Positions 1-10,208 are shown, numbered from the stretch's first letter. The stretch: DNA of 64,000 bases from Thermoanaerobaculia bacterium (GCA_049678185.1 JBAUDS010000371.1:2466-66465), one strand, 5' to 3'. Numbers and translations are program-made. The notes: generated from the sequence alone by a model not told the origin.

Positions 1-30
1 GGCGGAGTCTGGTGCGCCCTCTGCTACTCT

Positions 31-2097
31 TTGTGGGACGTGCTTGCACGCGGAACAAACCCTCAGTCCTCAATCACCTGCATGGCCGCTGTGGTCGTCG
101 TCATCGTGGTCTGTCTTCTGCTTCCCACGATCGCGGTCGGGCAGGTCGAGCGGGTCGAGATCGAGACCCGCGAGCTCCTGGCGGATGGTCGCTCCTTCGG
201 GCTCGCCGGGGCCTACGAAAAGCTGGAGGGTCGTGTCTTTCTCTCGCTCGACCCCGACGATCCTCGCAACGCCCGGGTGGTCGATCTCGACAAGGCGCCC
301 CGGCGGCAGGACGGCCGGGTGGAGTATGCGGCCGATCTCTACATTTGGCGCCCGGTCGATCCCCGGCGGGGCAACGGTACCGCCCTGGTGGAAGTCCCCA
401 ACCGGGGTGGCAAGGCGATGGTGCGCTATTTCAACCGGGGCGCCACCAGAAGCCGCGACCCGGTGGCCGCCGCCGACCTCGGCGACGGCTTCCTGATGCG
501 GCGCGGATTCTCGCTGGTGTGGATCGGCTGGCAGTACGACCTGCCCCCGGATCCCGAGCTGCTGCGGCTCTACCCGCTCCGGGCCACCGCCGTCGAGAGT
601 CCCATCGAGGGATTGGTGCGTGCCGACGAGGTCTTTGCCGAGCGGCAGGTCACGATGTCCCTTGGGCACCGTGGTCACCTCGCCTATCCGGTGACCGACC
701 CGGCCGATCCGCGCAACGTGCTCACGGTCCGTGATACCCGGCTCGGGGAGCGGCGGGTGATCCCTCGCGACCGCTGGAGCTTTGCCCGGTGTGAAGATGG
801 CCAGCCGGTGCCCGATCCACGGTCTATCTGTCTGCCCACGGGTTTCGAGCCGGGGAAGATCTACGAGGCGGTCTATGTCGCCCGCGAGCCGGCGATCGTC
901 GGTCTGGGCCAGACAGCGTTGCGTGATTTCGTCTCCTATCTCAAGCACCATCCCGAGAGCCTGGTGGCGGCCGAGCGGGCGATCGGTTTTGGGGTCTCCC
1001 AGACCGGGCGCTTTCTGCGTCAGTTCCTCTATCAGGGATTCAATGGCGACCTCGAGGGGCGACCCGCTTTCGACGCTCTTCTGGTCCACACGGCGGGTGC
1101 CGGCCGGGGCAGCTTCAACCATCGGTTCGGCCAGCCGTCGCGAGATGCCCACCGCTTCTCGGCTTTCTGGTACCCCACCGACGTCTTTCCCTTTACCGGC
1201 ACGATCCAGAAAGACCCCGAGACCGGATTGGAGGACGGTCTACTCGCGCTCCTGGCGGGCTCGCCGGCCATGCCGCGGATCTTCTTCACCAACTCCGGCT
1301 ACGAGTACTGGGGGCGGGCGGCCTCGCTGATCCACATCTCGGTCGACGGAAGCCGCGACGTACCACCCGGGCCCAACGTCCGCATCTTCCATTTCGCCTC
1401 GGCCCAGCACTTCGTGGGCTCCTTCCCACCCCAACCGCGACAGTCGCTCTACAACACGAATCCGGCGAACTTCTTCTTCCTTCTGCGCGGACTGCTCGCG
1501 GCGCTCGACGATTGGGTGAGCCGCGGTGTGGAGCCCCCGGCCAGCTCGTTCCCCATGATCGGTAACGCCACGCTGGTGCCGCCGGCCGCGCTCTCGTCTC
1601 CAAAGATTCCCGGCGTTGAGTCGCCGCCCTCTCCCCACCAGGCCCATCGGGTGGACTACGGACCCCGGTTTCGCAGCCAGGGGATCGTGGATCTGCAGCC
1701 ACCGCGGGTAGGTCGTGCTTTTCCGGTGCTGGTCCCCCAGGTCGACAGCGACGGCAACGAGCTCGGCGGTCTACGCCTGCCCGAGATCACGGTGCCGCTC
1801 GCCACCTACACACCCTGGAACCTGCGCGCTCTCGAAATCGGAGCTCCACACGAGATGGCCGATTTTGTTGGAGCCTTCCTCCCCTTTCCCCTCACCCGTG
1901 CGGAGCGCGAGGCCAGTTGGGACCCCCGTCTCTCCCTGGAGGAGCGCTATGCGAGTCGCAGCGAATACCTCGGCCGCTACACCGAGGCAGCGGTCGAGCT
2001 CGTGCGCCAGCGTTATCTTCTAGCCGAAGATCTTCCGGAGATGATCGAACATGCTGAAGATCTTTGGGACCGCGTCACCACCGACGGAGGCCTCTGA
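31..2097 (+). CDS. Hypothetical secreted or membrane-anchored protein, 688 aa, no family recognised. The real start is probably the internal Met at 82, giving an MAAVVVVIVVCLLLP signal/anchor.
   Basis: Long ORF with protein-like composition and codon usage. Hydrophobic N-terminus. No recognisable motif. Confidence 0.5.
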   Translation: MWDVLARGTNPQSSITCMAAVVVVIVVCLLLPTIAVGQVERVEIETRELLADGRSFGLAGAYEKLEGRVFLSLDPDDPRNARVVDLDKAPRRQDGRVEYAADLYIWRPVDPRRGNGTALVEVPNRGGKAMVRYFNRGATRSRDPVAAADLGDGFLMRRGFSLVWIGWQYDLPPDPELLRLYPLRATAVESPIEGLVRADEVFAERQVTMSLGHRGHLAYPVTDPADPRNVLTVRDTRLGERRVIPRDRWSFARCEDGQPVPDPRSICLPTGFEPGKIYEAVYVAREPAIVGLGQTALRDFVSYLKHHPESLVAAERAIGFGVSQTGRFLRQFLYQGFNGDLEGRPAFDALLVHTAGAGRGSFNHRFGQPSRDAHRFSAFWYPTDVFPFTGTIQKDPETGLEDGLLALLAGSPAMPRIFFTNSGYEYWGRAASLIHISVDGSRDVPPGPNVRIFHFASAQHFVGSFPPQPRQSLYNTNPANFFFLLRGLLAALDDWVSRGVEPPASSFPMIGNATLVPPAALSSPKIPGVESPPSPHQAHRVDYGPRFRSQGIVDLQPPRVGRAFPVLVPQVDSDGNELGGLRLPEITVPLATYTPWNLRALEIGAPHEMADFVGAFLPFPLTRAEREASWDPRLSLEERYASRSEYLGRYTEAAVELVRQRYLLAEDLPEMIEHAEDLWDRVTTDGGL

Positions 2098-2102
2098 CAG
2101 CT

Positions 2103-2429
2103 TCACTCTTCCTCGTCTTCGACTACCACCGCGGTACCAAAGGCCAAAAGCTCGGCCGCTGCTTTCATTACCTCCGAAGTCGAGAATCTCACCTCGACCA
2201 CCGCGTTGGCCCCCAGGCTCCGCGCCTCCTCCACCATCCGGTCCATGGCCTGCTCCCGAGCCTCGGCCATCAGCTTCGTGTACTCGCTGATCTCACCGCC
2301 GACGATACCGCGGAGCTCGGCCACGATGTCGCGGCCGAGGTGGCGGGCCCGGATGGTGTTCCCCCGTACCAGGCCGAGGGTTCTGACGATGCGTTTGCCG
2401 ACGATGGTATCGGTCGTGGTCACGATCAC
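2103..2429 (-). CDS. YbjQ/DUF74 family (putative heavy-metal-binding) protein, about 108 aa
   Basis: C-terminal portion of ORF 2103..2672 matches YbjQ-type sequence (VIVTTTDTIVGKRIV...GANAVVEVRFSTSEVM). The start is a GTG at 2427-2429 overlapping the TGA stop of the upstream anti-sigma gene (GTGA), with an AGGAGG Shine-Dalgarno 8 nt upstream. Confidence 0.7.
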   Translation of the reverse strand: MIVTTTDTIVGKRIVRTLGLVRGNTIRARHLGRDIVAELRGIVGGEISEYTKLMAEAREQAMDRMVEEARSLGANAVVEVRFSTSEVMKAAAELLAFGTAVVVEDEEE

Positions 2430-2899
2430 TTTTCCACCCTCCTGTAGCGGTCGGTCTTGGCGCTGCGTAGCCGGTCGAGCAGCACCGAGACAAAGAGCAG
2501 TCCCATGCCAGCCAACCCGCTGACCACCAGCAGTTTGATCAGTGGGTGACCCGGCTCGGTGGCAAAGGTCCAGGCGGCGAATCCCAGGCTGACGGCGAAC
2601 CAGGTGATCACCAGGATCCAACCGGTACCCCGGAACAGACGGCTGGCACCGGTTCGCGGCTGCTCGTTCCACTGCTCGTCATCGGGAGTAGCAAATGGTG
2701 TGGACATGCTTGCTTTCCTCATTAGCTCGAGTTGCCCGAACACGGCCCGGCAGGTCTCGCAGTCTTCCAGATGAATACGGACCTGTTGCTCTTCGGCCTG
2801 GGTCAGCTCGTGGTCGAGGTGACCCGAAAGCAGCTGATCGTCAAAGGATTGGGGGCAGGTCTCAGACATGAAAACCTCCAAGCTCTTCTTCCAGGACAC
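2426..2899 (-). CDS. Anti-sigma factor, zf-HC2/ChrR-RsrA-like zinc finger (HLEDCETCR) with one C-terminal TM helix
   Basis: H-x3-C-x2-C motif near the N-terminus and a hydrophobic helix. It lies immediately downstream of, and overlaps, the ECF sigma gene. The real start may be the internal Met (MSETCPQS, about 2869), which would give an 8 nt overlap. Confidence 0.7.
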   Translation of the reverse strand: MSWKKSLEVFMSETCPQSFDDQLLSGHLDHELTQAEEQQVRIHLEDCETCRAVFGQLELMRKASMSTPFATPDDEQWNEQPRTGASRLFRGTGWILVITWFAVSLGFAAWTFATEPGHPLIKLLVVSGLAGMGLLFVSVLLDRLRSAKTDRYRRVEK

Positions 2900-3461
2900 T
2901 CCGGAGCTCTTTTCGTGCCCTGTGGAGCCGCGACATGACCGTACCCACGGGGATGTCCAGTATCTCGGCGATCTCGGCGTAGGAGAGATCCTGAAAGTCC
3001 CGTAGGACCAGGATCTCCCGTCGCGCCGCGTCGAGTCGGCTCAAACCCTGCCAGATCTTGCGCTGTAGCTCGCGTTGATAGGTCTCCAACTCCGGGTTCC
3101 GGCGGAGATCCGTCAGCCGTGGACTCTCCACTACCGTATCAAGCGACTCGGTCCGACGCACCCGGTGCCGTCGCTGCAGATCGCGAGCGCGGTTGCGCAC
3201 AATGGTCAATAGCCAGGGTAGAACCGGGCGTTGGCCGTCGAACCGACCCAGAGTCGTGAAAAAGCGAATCAGTGAGTCCTGGGCCACGTCGAGGGCGTCG
3301 TCGGGGTTGCCCAGGAGCTGGAGAGCCAGCAGATAGGCCGGCCGGCGAAAGCGTACAGCCAGGGCCTCACAAGCCTCCTCGTCGCCGGCCTGGGCCTGGC
3401 TGACAACTTCCGCCTCGTCCGTGGGCGATGGTACTTGGCGCAGTGCCATCTCGGTGCTCAC
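2862..3461 (-). CDS. ECF (sigma-70 family, group IV) RNA polymerase sigma factor
   Basis: Region 2 and region 4 signatures (LIRFFTTLGRFDG..., DLSYAEIAEILDIPVGTVMSRLHRARKEL). Confidence 0.85.
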   Translation of the reverse strand: MSTEMALRQVPSPTDEAEVVSQAQAGDEEACEALAVRFRRPAYLLALQLLGNPDDALDVAQDSLIRFFTTLGRFDGQRPVLPWLLTIVRNRARDLQRRHRVRRTESLDTVVESPRLTDLRRNPELETYQRELQRKIWQGLSRLDAARREILVLRDFQDLSYAEIAEILDIPVGTVMSRLHRARKELRSVLEEELGGFHV

Positions 3462-3629
3462 ACTATTCCATACGGGGCGGGGTGGTCACTTATTCACGGA
3501 TTCGAGAGAACCGGGCCCCCAGACCGGTCTGAACCCAATGCACACTACAAGGGAATCCAGGTGCTGGCCTCCCGAGACCACCGTTTGCGGCTAACATGAT
3601 GGCGGGGAATTCATCGAAGGAGGTGTCGT

Positions 3630-4406
3630 ATGAAGAGCAGGATCTTCACCCTGGTACTGCTGGTATTTGTTTTCGGTCTCGCCTCTGGCGCCGACGGCCA
3701 GATGGAGCGCATCTGGATCGTCGACAACGCCTCTCTGCCCGGCTGTGCGGAGATCCAGGGTGTCGTCATCGGCTTTCTGATCCCCGAGCAGGGGGTGCTG
3801 CTGCTGTCCACCCAACAGGTTCCGGGCACCACCAAGATCGGCGAGCTGCGGGACGAGGTCCTGAGCTTCTCGCAGCCGCCGCTCGGTCGCTTCGACTTGA
3901 ATACCCATCAGGCCCCCGACACCCCCACGACCATCTGGGGAACGTTGGACCAGGTCATCCCCGTCGGCAACCAGACCGGCTGCATCGCCTTCGACCGGGC
4001 CCTGTTCTCCGATATCGACGACTTCAGAACCTACGTCATGTGGATCCTGGACAGGTATGCGGAGTTCACCCCGGCCGATGTCACCGGTGGTTGGGCGATG
4101 CGGATTTCCGACCGCATCGTCACCCTGGACATCACCCCCGATGGTTATGGCTCGGCCCAGATCCGGGTCAAAGAGGGCGGGCTCACCGAGCTCAGGCTGA
4201 GCGGCCAGGAGTCGATGTTCGCGTTCTTGCCCGTCATCCTCGACGAGCAGACCGGACGGGTGGCTGTTCGGGTTGTCAGTGTCGAGAAGAGTGAGGAGGG
4301 GAAGAAGACATATTCGGATCTAGGGATCGTCGAGACGAGCTACGACGCACCCGCGGTGGCGCCGACACAGCCTTTGCTCGAGGTCCGGATCGTAACCATC
4401 CAATAG
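3630..4406 (+). CDS. Hypothetical secreted protein, 258 aa, divergent from the ECF sigma operon
   Basis: Strong Shine-Dalgarno (GAAGGAGG) 7 nt before the ATG. N-terminal signal peptide. No family recognised. Confidence 0.55.
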   Translation: MKSRIFTLVLLVFVFGLASGADGQMERIWIVDNASLPGCAEIQGVVIGFLIPEQGVLLLSTQQVPGTTKIGELRDEVLSFSQPPLGRFDLNTHQAPDTPTTIWGTLDQVIPVGNQTGCIAFDRALFSDIDDFRTYVMWILDRYAEFTPADVTGGWAMRISDRIVTLDITPDGYGSAQIRVKEGGLTELRLSGQESMFAFLPVILDEQTGRVAVRVVSVEKSEEGKKTYSDLGIVETSYDAPAVAPTQPLLEVRIVTIQ

Positions 4407-4447
4407 GCTCCACGCTGTCGACCCACCCGCTGCGAGCGGGTGCTCTG

Positions 4448-5434
4448 TTGATACTCTTCCCCCTCATGTTGGATCGTCGGCGCTGCTTGCTGGTATCCCT
4501 CTTTCTCGTCACCCTTGCGGGTTGCGAGCAAGAAGATTCTCCGCTTCCTATCGTCGGCACCCTCGAGCGAGATCGCCTGGAGCTAGTGGCAGAAGCCCAG
4601 GAGCAGATCGTCGAGGTGCTGGTGACCGAGGGCGATCGGGTGCAGAAGGAGCAGCTCCTGGTTCGCCTGGAAGCCGGAGTCTTCGAGGCTAAACTCGAGG
4701 AGGCCAGGGCTGCCGGCCAGAGAGCCGAGCAGCGGCACGCGGAGTTGGTGCGCGGTCCGCGCAAGGAGCGGATTCAGGAAGCTCGCGCCCGCTTGGACGG
4801 TGCTGCCGACAAGCTCGAGGCCGAGCGACGAGAGTACGAGCGTATCCAGAAACTGGTTGACGACGAATTGCTGACCGCATCCGACCTGGATCGGGCCTTT
4901 GCCACCCGACAGGTCGCCCTCGCCGAGCACGATCGCGCCGCCGCCGACCTGACTGAGCTCTTAGAGGGCACAACCCCCGAGGAGTTGGCGCAGACCCAGG
5001 CTGTCGTCGCCGAGACCGCTGCGGCCGTCAGGCGTCTGGAGGTGATCGCCGACCGGCTCCTCATACGCGCTCCCCGCGACGGCATCATCGAAGCGTTACC
5101 GTACAAACTGGGAGAGCGGCCGCCGGCCGGCGCCAGCGTGGTCGTCATGCTCGCCGACACCGCGCCCTATGCGCGGGTGCATGTGCCGGAGTCCCTACGA
5201 GCCCGGGTCGCGGCTGGACTCGAGGCGCAAGTCACCATCGACGGGCTCGACCGAGTCTATCCGGGGGCCGTGCGTTATGTGGCTGCCGAAGCCTCATTCA
5301 CTCCCTACTACTCCTTGACGCAGCGGGATCGGAGCCGCTTCAGCTACGTAGCGGAGATCACCCTCACCACCGAGGAAGCCCGCGATCTGCCCACCGGTCT
5401 GCCCGTGGAAGTGGACTTTCCGTCTCTGCGATGA
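4448..5434 (+). CDS. HlyD-family membrane fusion protein (lipoprotein, LAGC lipobox) of an ABC exporter
   Basis: Coiled-coil HlyD-like architecture. Translationally coupled to the downstream ABC ATPase (ATGA overlap at 5431-5434). Confidence 0.8.
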   Translation: MILFPLMLDRRRCLLVSLFLVTLAGCEQEDSPLPIVGTLERDRLELVAEAQEQIVEVLVTEGDRVQKEQLLVRLEAGVFEAKLEEARAAGQRAEQRHAELVRGPRKERIQEARARLDGAADKLEAERREYERIQKLVDDELLTASDLDRAFATRQVALAEHDRAAADLTELLEGTTPEELAQTQAVVAETAAAVRRLEVIADRLLIRAPRDGIIEALPYKLGERPPAGASVVVMLADTAPYARVHVPESLRARVAAGLEAQVTIDGLDRVYPGAVRYVAAEASFTPYYSLTQRDRSRFSYVAEITLTTEEARDLPTGLPVEVDFPSLR

Positions 5435-6360
5435 CCGACCTGGCGATCGTCTCCCAGGATCTCACTAGACGCTTTGGCAATCTGGTGGCGGTCGACCGGG
5501 TGAACCTGGGCATTCCCAGAGCCCGCATCTATGGATTTCTGGGGCCCAACGGCTCGGGGAAGTCCACTACCATCCGCATGCTGTGCGGGCTTCTGAAGCC
5601 CAGCGGCGGTACCGTCGACGTGCTTGGCTACGCCATGCCGAAAGGCGCCGAGAAGCTACGCCGGCGGATCGGCTACATGACGCAGAAATTCTCGTTCTAC
5701 GAGGATCTGTCGGTGCTCGAGAATCTCGAGTTCATCAGCCGCATCTACGGTCTCGACAGCCGGCAGCGAAAGGAGAGAATCAGAGAGAATCTCGACAAAT
5801 ACGATCTTGCCGATCGCCAGCGGCAGCGCGCCGGTACCCTGAGCGGGGGACAGAAACAGCGGCTCGCCCTGGCCGGCGTGACTCTTCACCAACCGGAGCT
5901 GTTGCTGCTGGACGAGCCCACCAGCGCGGTCGACCCTCAGAGCCGCAGAGATTTCTGGGAGGGCCTGTTCGAGCTCGCGGACCGCGGCACCACCATTCTG
6001 GTCTCCACTCACTTCATGGACGAGGCCGAGCGCTGCCATCGGCTGGCCATCCTCCATCGCGGTGCTCTCGTGGCGGAGGGTGTTCCCCGAGATCTCGCCG
6101 ACGAGATCGACGCGATCGTCCTGGAGGTGGAGACCGAGCGGCCCCGCAGGGCACAACACGCGCTGCGTGAGTCGGGCATTGTCAAGTCTGTCACCCAGCT
6201 CGGCACGCGGCTGCACGTGATGGTCGAGCACCAGACCAAAGATCCCGTGGCTATCGTGCGCCAGACTCTCGAAGCCGCAGGGATCCCCGCCAGCGTCGAG
6301 ATCATCCCGGCCAACCTGGAGGACGTGTTCGTGGCCGCTACCGGCTTTGCCCACGGCTGA
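5431..6360 (+). CDS. ABC transporter ATP-binding protein
   Basis: Walker A GPNGSGKST, ABC signature LSGGQKQR, Walker B LLLDEPT. Confidence 0.9.
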   Translation: MTDLAIVSQDLTRRFGNLVAVDRVNLGIPRARIYGFLGPNGSGKSTTIRMLCGLLKPSGGTVDVLGYAMPKGAEKLRRRIGYMTQKFSFYEDLSVLENLEFISRIYGLDSRQRKERIRENLDKYDLADRQRQRAGTLSGGQKQRLALAGVTLHQPELLLLDEPTSAVDPQSRRDFWEGLFELADRGTTILVSTHFMDEAERCHRLAILHRGALVAEGVPRDLADEIDAIVLEVETERPRRAQHALRESGIVKSVTQLGTRLHVMVEHQTKDPVAIVRQTLEAAGIPASVEIIPANLEDVFVAATGFAHG

Positions 6361-6363
6361 GCA

Positions 6364-7464
6364 ATGCGACAAGCGCTGCAACGAATCTTCGCCATCACCG
6401 CCAAAGAGGTGCGTCAGCTGGCGCGCGACCGGATCACCTTTGGCATGATCATCGGCATACCCCTGCTGCAGATCACCCTGTTTGGATATGCCATCAACCT
6501 CGACGTTCGCCATCTGGACGCGGCCGTGGCGGATCTCGCGGGCACCCAATTGTCTCGCCAGCTGGTCACCGACACGGCGGCCACCCAGGTGGTGGACATC
6601 GTCGCCCAAGTGCGCTCGGCCGAGGAGCTCGAAGTTCTTCTGCGCCGGGGAGAGATCACCGTCGGGATCTTCATTCCACCCGACTTTCCCCGGCGGGTGC
6701 GTGACGACTCACGGGTGTCGGCGCAACTCCTGATCGACGGTACTGACCCGAGCGTCGCCAACATCGCCACACAACTCGCCGACATGCGTTTCGACGTGAG
6801 AAAAGGGAACCCGGCGGGTCGGGCCGCTGTTTACGAGATCCGCAACTACTACAACCCGGAGCGACGCTCGGCGGTGCAGATCGTTCCGGCCCTGATCGGT
6901 GTCATCCTGACCATGACCATGATCCTGTTCACCTCGGTGGCCATCGTGCGTGAGCGCGAGCGTGGCAACCTCGAGCTACTGATCACCACCCCGATTCGCA
7001 ATCTGGAATTGATGATTGGCAAGATCGCACCCTACATCGTCATCGGTCTCATCCAGGTCACTCTCATCCTGACCGTCGGCATGCTGCTCTTCGATGTGCC
7101 GGTGCGAGGGAGTCTGACCGATCTCTATCTCGCCAGCCTGGTCTTCATCGCCGCATCGCTGAGCCTCGGGCTCATGATCTCGACTTTTGCCAAGACCCAG
7201 TTCCAGGCCATGCAGTTGACGTTTTTCGTCTTTCTACCCTCGATTCTGCTGTCGGGATTCATGTTCCCGTTTGACGGCATGCCGGCGGTAGCCCAGGGGG
7301 CAGCCATGCTGCTGCCGCTGACTCACTTTGTGGAGATGGTTCGTGGAATCGTGCTGCGGGGTGCGAGTCTCGAAGAGATGCTTCCCAGCCTACGGGCACT
7401 GATCATCTTTCTCGTCATCACCATGACCCTCGCTGTCCTGCGTTTTCGCAAACGCCTCGACTAG
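6364..7464 (+). CDS. ABC-2 type transporter permease (YhhJ/YbhR-like)
   Basis: Six predicted TM segments C-terminal to a periplasmic loop, typical ABC-2 topology. Lies in an operon with the ATPase. Confidence 0.8.
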   Translation: MRQALQRIFAITAKEVRQLARDRITFGMIIGIPLLQITLFGYAINLDVRHLDAAVADLAGTQLSRQLVTDTAATQVVDIVAQVRSAEELEVLLRRGEITVGIFIPPDFPRRVRDDSRVSAQLLIDGTDPSVANIATQLADMRFDVRKGNPAGRAAVYEIRNYYNPERRSAVQIVPALIGVILTMTMILFTSVAIVRERERGNLELLITTPIRNLELMIGKIAPYIVIGLIQVTLILTVGMLLFDVPVRGSLTDLYLASLVFIAASLSLGLMISTFAKTQFQAMQLTFFVFLPSILLSGFMFPFDGMPAVAQGAAMLLPLTHFVEMVRGIVLRGASLEEMLPSLRALIIFLVITMTLAVLRFRKRLD

Positions 7465-7531
7465 GCGCGACGTTCCTCATGCATATAATGGCGGCCGTCC
7501 CACAATCTCATTGATCGAAGGAGGCTCCAAA

Positions 7532-9421
7532 GTGAAGAGCGCTCAAATACTGGTGTTGCTGCTGTGTACGGTGATGACTGCGGGGGCCCTGACGGCACAG
7601 GGCTCGAAATGGGAGTGGGACGGAGTCTCGCGTGTCGTCGCCCTGGGCGATGTGCACGGCTCCTACGACAAGATGGTGACTCTCCTCGAGGGCACCGGCA
7701 TGGTCGACGACCAGTTGCGGTGGATCGGGGGCGATCAGCACCTCGTCTTCTGCGGCGATCTGACCGACCGGGGTGCAAACGATCGCAGTGCCATGGATCT
7801 GGCTCGCCGCCTCCAAGGTGAAGCTGAGGCGGCCGGCGGCAAGGTCCATGTCGTGCTCGGCAACCATGAGGTCATGAATCTGACCCGGGACCGACGCTAC
7901 TGGAATGCCAACCTCCTCGACGAGTTTGCCAAGGACGAGACCGCAGCACAGAGAAAAGAGGCCCTGAGAAAGTTCCGAGCGGGGCAGAGTACCCAGGTCG
8001 CAGGCGCCGACGATGCCTTCGACGAAAAGTTTCCGCCCGGCTACTTCGCGCGGGCGCGGGCCCTCGACCCAGATGGGGAATACGGCTCCTGGCTTCTCGA
8101 GCTGCCGACCGTGGTCAAGGTCAACGGCGTCCTGTTTCTGCACGGGGGCTTGACCCGAAGGGTCGCCGAGCTCGGTCTGGACGAGATCAACGCCCAAGTG
8201 ACCACCAATATCCGAGATTTTCTCGCCAGCGCCGACGAGATGGGCGACGCGGTGCCGTTTCCTGGCGACATGGCCGCCATCATGCAGACCGCCAATGCCC
8301 GCAAGGGCCGGGCAGCCAAGGCCCTGCTGGAGGCGCACGAGGGTCTGGCTTTCGATGCGGCAGGCCCGGTCTGGTATCGGGGCACCTCGGTCGAAAACGA
8401 GCGTCTGGAAAGCGGTCGAGTGACAGCTGTCCTCGCGCTGCTCGACGCCCAGGCGGAGATGATGGGTCACACGGTGACGCGAACCGGCAAGATCTCAACT
8501 CGCTTCAACGGCACCGTCTACCGCGCTGATGTGGGGATGGGTTATGGCCGGCCGCCACTGGCAGGCATACTCGAAGGCGAAAGCCTGAAGGTCTTCGATC
8601 CGGCAAAGGGCACGATTACGGCGGCGCCGGCCGAGCCACCACAGGGCGAGGGTTGGCCGGCTGGAGAAGAAGATCTCGCCGACCATGTGCTGGAGGAGTT
8701 CCTGCAGAAGGCCGAGATCAAGTCGATCTCGACTCTCGACTTCGACGGCGTGCCGGTGAAGTTCTTGAACCTCGAAAGAAAGGACATGAAGCTGCGGGCA
8801 CTCTTTGGTGCAGCACAGGAGACCGCCGAACAGGCCGCCGCCGCCGGGCGCAAGGGGCGCCGTATGTACCAGCATCAAGTCGCGGCCTACAAACTCGACC
8901 GCGAGCTGGGTCTGGACATGGTGCCCGTTACCGTCCTGCGCAAAGTAGACGGCACCGAGGGAGTGGTCCAGATCTGGATCCAGGGCGCCCTGGATATCAA
9001 GGAGCTCCAGGAGTATGACGACTTCAGCGTGCTTTCGGGTATGGATTCGCAGATCGCCAGAGCGCGGGCGTTTACCGGCCTCATTGGTCTCCATGTCCAG
9101 GACAGGGTCAGACAGGGCAAGCTGGTCTTGCCCGTCTCACGCCGCGTCATGCTCTCGGACAATGGCATCTCCTTCACCGTCGACGAGAACGTCGAGGATT
9201 ACCTGCCCGAGGGCTGCGGACCCGTGGGGCCCTCGTTCCTCCACGATCTCAAGACCCTGGAGCTCACAAAGATGAAAAAGGACCTGAGGAAGCTCCTCTC
9301 CGACACCCAGATCGAGGCGGTCCTGAGACGTAGGGACGACCTGCTCCAGCTGTGCGCGAAAGAGAATCCGGATTGGTCGGTCGAGAAGATTTTGGGACTA
9401 CAGCAGAATTCAGCGGACTGA
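7532..9421 (+). CDS. Secreted calcineurin-like metallophosphoesterase (PPP-family fold) with a roughly 300 aa uncharacterised C-terminal extension
   Basis: GDVHG, GDLTDRG and GNHE motifs. Signal peptide. Likely GTG start at 7532 with AGGAGG 7 nt upstream; the listed ORF begins at a TTG at 7511. Confidence 0.75.
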   Translation: MKSAQILVLLLCTVMTAGALTAQGSKWEWDGVSRVVALGDVHGSYDKMVTLLEGTGMVDDQLRWIGGDQHLVFCGDLTDRGANDRSAMDLARRLQGEAEAAGGKVHVVLGNHEVMNLTRDRRYWNANLLDEFAKDETAAQRKEALRKFRAGQSTQVAGADDAFDEKFPPGYFARARALDPDGEYGSWLLELPTVVKVNGVLFLHGGLTRRVAELGLDEINAQVTTNIRDFLASADEMGDAVPFPGDMAAIMQTANARKGRAAKALLEAHEGLAFDAAGPVWYRGTSVENERLESGRVTAVLALLDAQAEMMGHTVTRTGKISTRFNGTVYRADVGMGYGRPPLAGILEGESLKVFDPAKGTITAAPAEPPQGEGWPAGEEDLADHVLEEFLQKAEIKSISTLDFDGVPVKFLNLERKDMKLRALFGAAQETAEQAAAAGRKGRRMYQHQVAAYKLDRELGLDMVPVTVLRKVDGTEGVVQIWIQGALDIKELQEYDDFSVLSGMDSQIARARAFTGLIGLHVQDRVRQGKLVLPVSRRVMLSDNGISFTVDENVEDYLPEGCGPVGPSFLHDLKTLELTKMKKDLRKLLSDTQIEAVLRRRDDLLQLCAKENPDWSVEKILGLQQNSAD

Positions 9422-9611
9422 AGAATAGAGGACGCGGCGTCGATAATGAGCTCCTGTCGGAGCCCGTGCCGCTGAAACTCCAGCATTTCCCTGCCAGACC
9501 GCAGAGCGAGGTCCTTCCTGCCCAGGAGATTCCTCGGTTTTGCGGCCACTCCTCGTCGGTTGACCAGGAAATACTTGACTGCTTGGGCGCCCCAGTCCCG
9601 AGAGCCGGCGG

Positions 9612-9905
9612 TTAGCCGAGGCCCGGGATAATCGGCTCGCCAGCCAGCACCCGCTGGCCGGCGTAGATGAGACCTATCCCGACCAGGGTGAAAAGCAGCC
9701 ACTGTGGGCCGGCGAGAATCGCCTTGAGCAGAGCCGTCACGGCTTTTATCAGCTCGGCAACTCCACTGGCCTCGTCGGCGCCGGCCGAGCCTCGAGATCG
9801 GGAGAAGGCCGCGCGCGCGGCTCCGGCCACGCCGATGAGAATGAACAGGGCACCCACCACGATCAAAAACCAACCGAGCAACATCGTCGGCATCGATGAC
9901 CTCAC
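9612..9905 (-). CDS. Small hypothetical membrane protein, 97 aa, two TM helices
   Basis: Hydrophobic composition. ORF only. Confidence 0.35.
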   Translation of the reverse strand: MRSSMPTMLLGWFLIVVGALFILIGVAGAARAAFSRSRGSAGADEASGVAELIKAVTALLKAILAGPQWLLFTLVGIGLIYAGQRVLAGEPIIPGLG

Positions 9906-10208
9906 TTTCTAAAGTGCACACCCGCCGGCTTCGTCATCATCACCAGCCGCAAGCGGCTGCACTTCGCTCTGTCTTCGCAAATCCAATTATGAAGCATAAA
10001 GAGCTGTTCCGGCAGAGAGAAAATACCAAGATACCAGACTGGCGTCGGTTGGGATGATGGTGGTGGAAAGCCCACGCCTCCTGTGCGTTAGACTCTTCAG
10101 ACGGCGCGTTCTCGGAAGAATCGTTGTCATCTGCCGTGATTCTCGGGCATGACAGAGTTTCGCCTTTTGAGCCATTCCCACTATGAACGATCGGGGCGAG
10201 GGAGCTCG

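Noticed and set aside
70-1152. Long antisense or off-frame ORFs overlapping confident genes (for example 70..1152 -, 5656..6609 -, 24849..26639 +, 25045..26022 -, 49187..50122 -, 21399..22355 +)
   Set aside because: These are typical shadow ORFs of a 64% GC genome. Their translations are Arg/Pro/Gly-rich with no motifs, and they overlap genes with strong homology.
3462-3629. ECF-type autoregulatory promoter between the sigma gene and the divergent secreted-protein gene
   Set aside because: A GGAATCC and a CGTT are present, but the spacing (about 25 nt) is wrong for ECF -35 and -10 elements. Nothing convincing.
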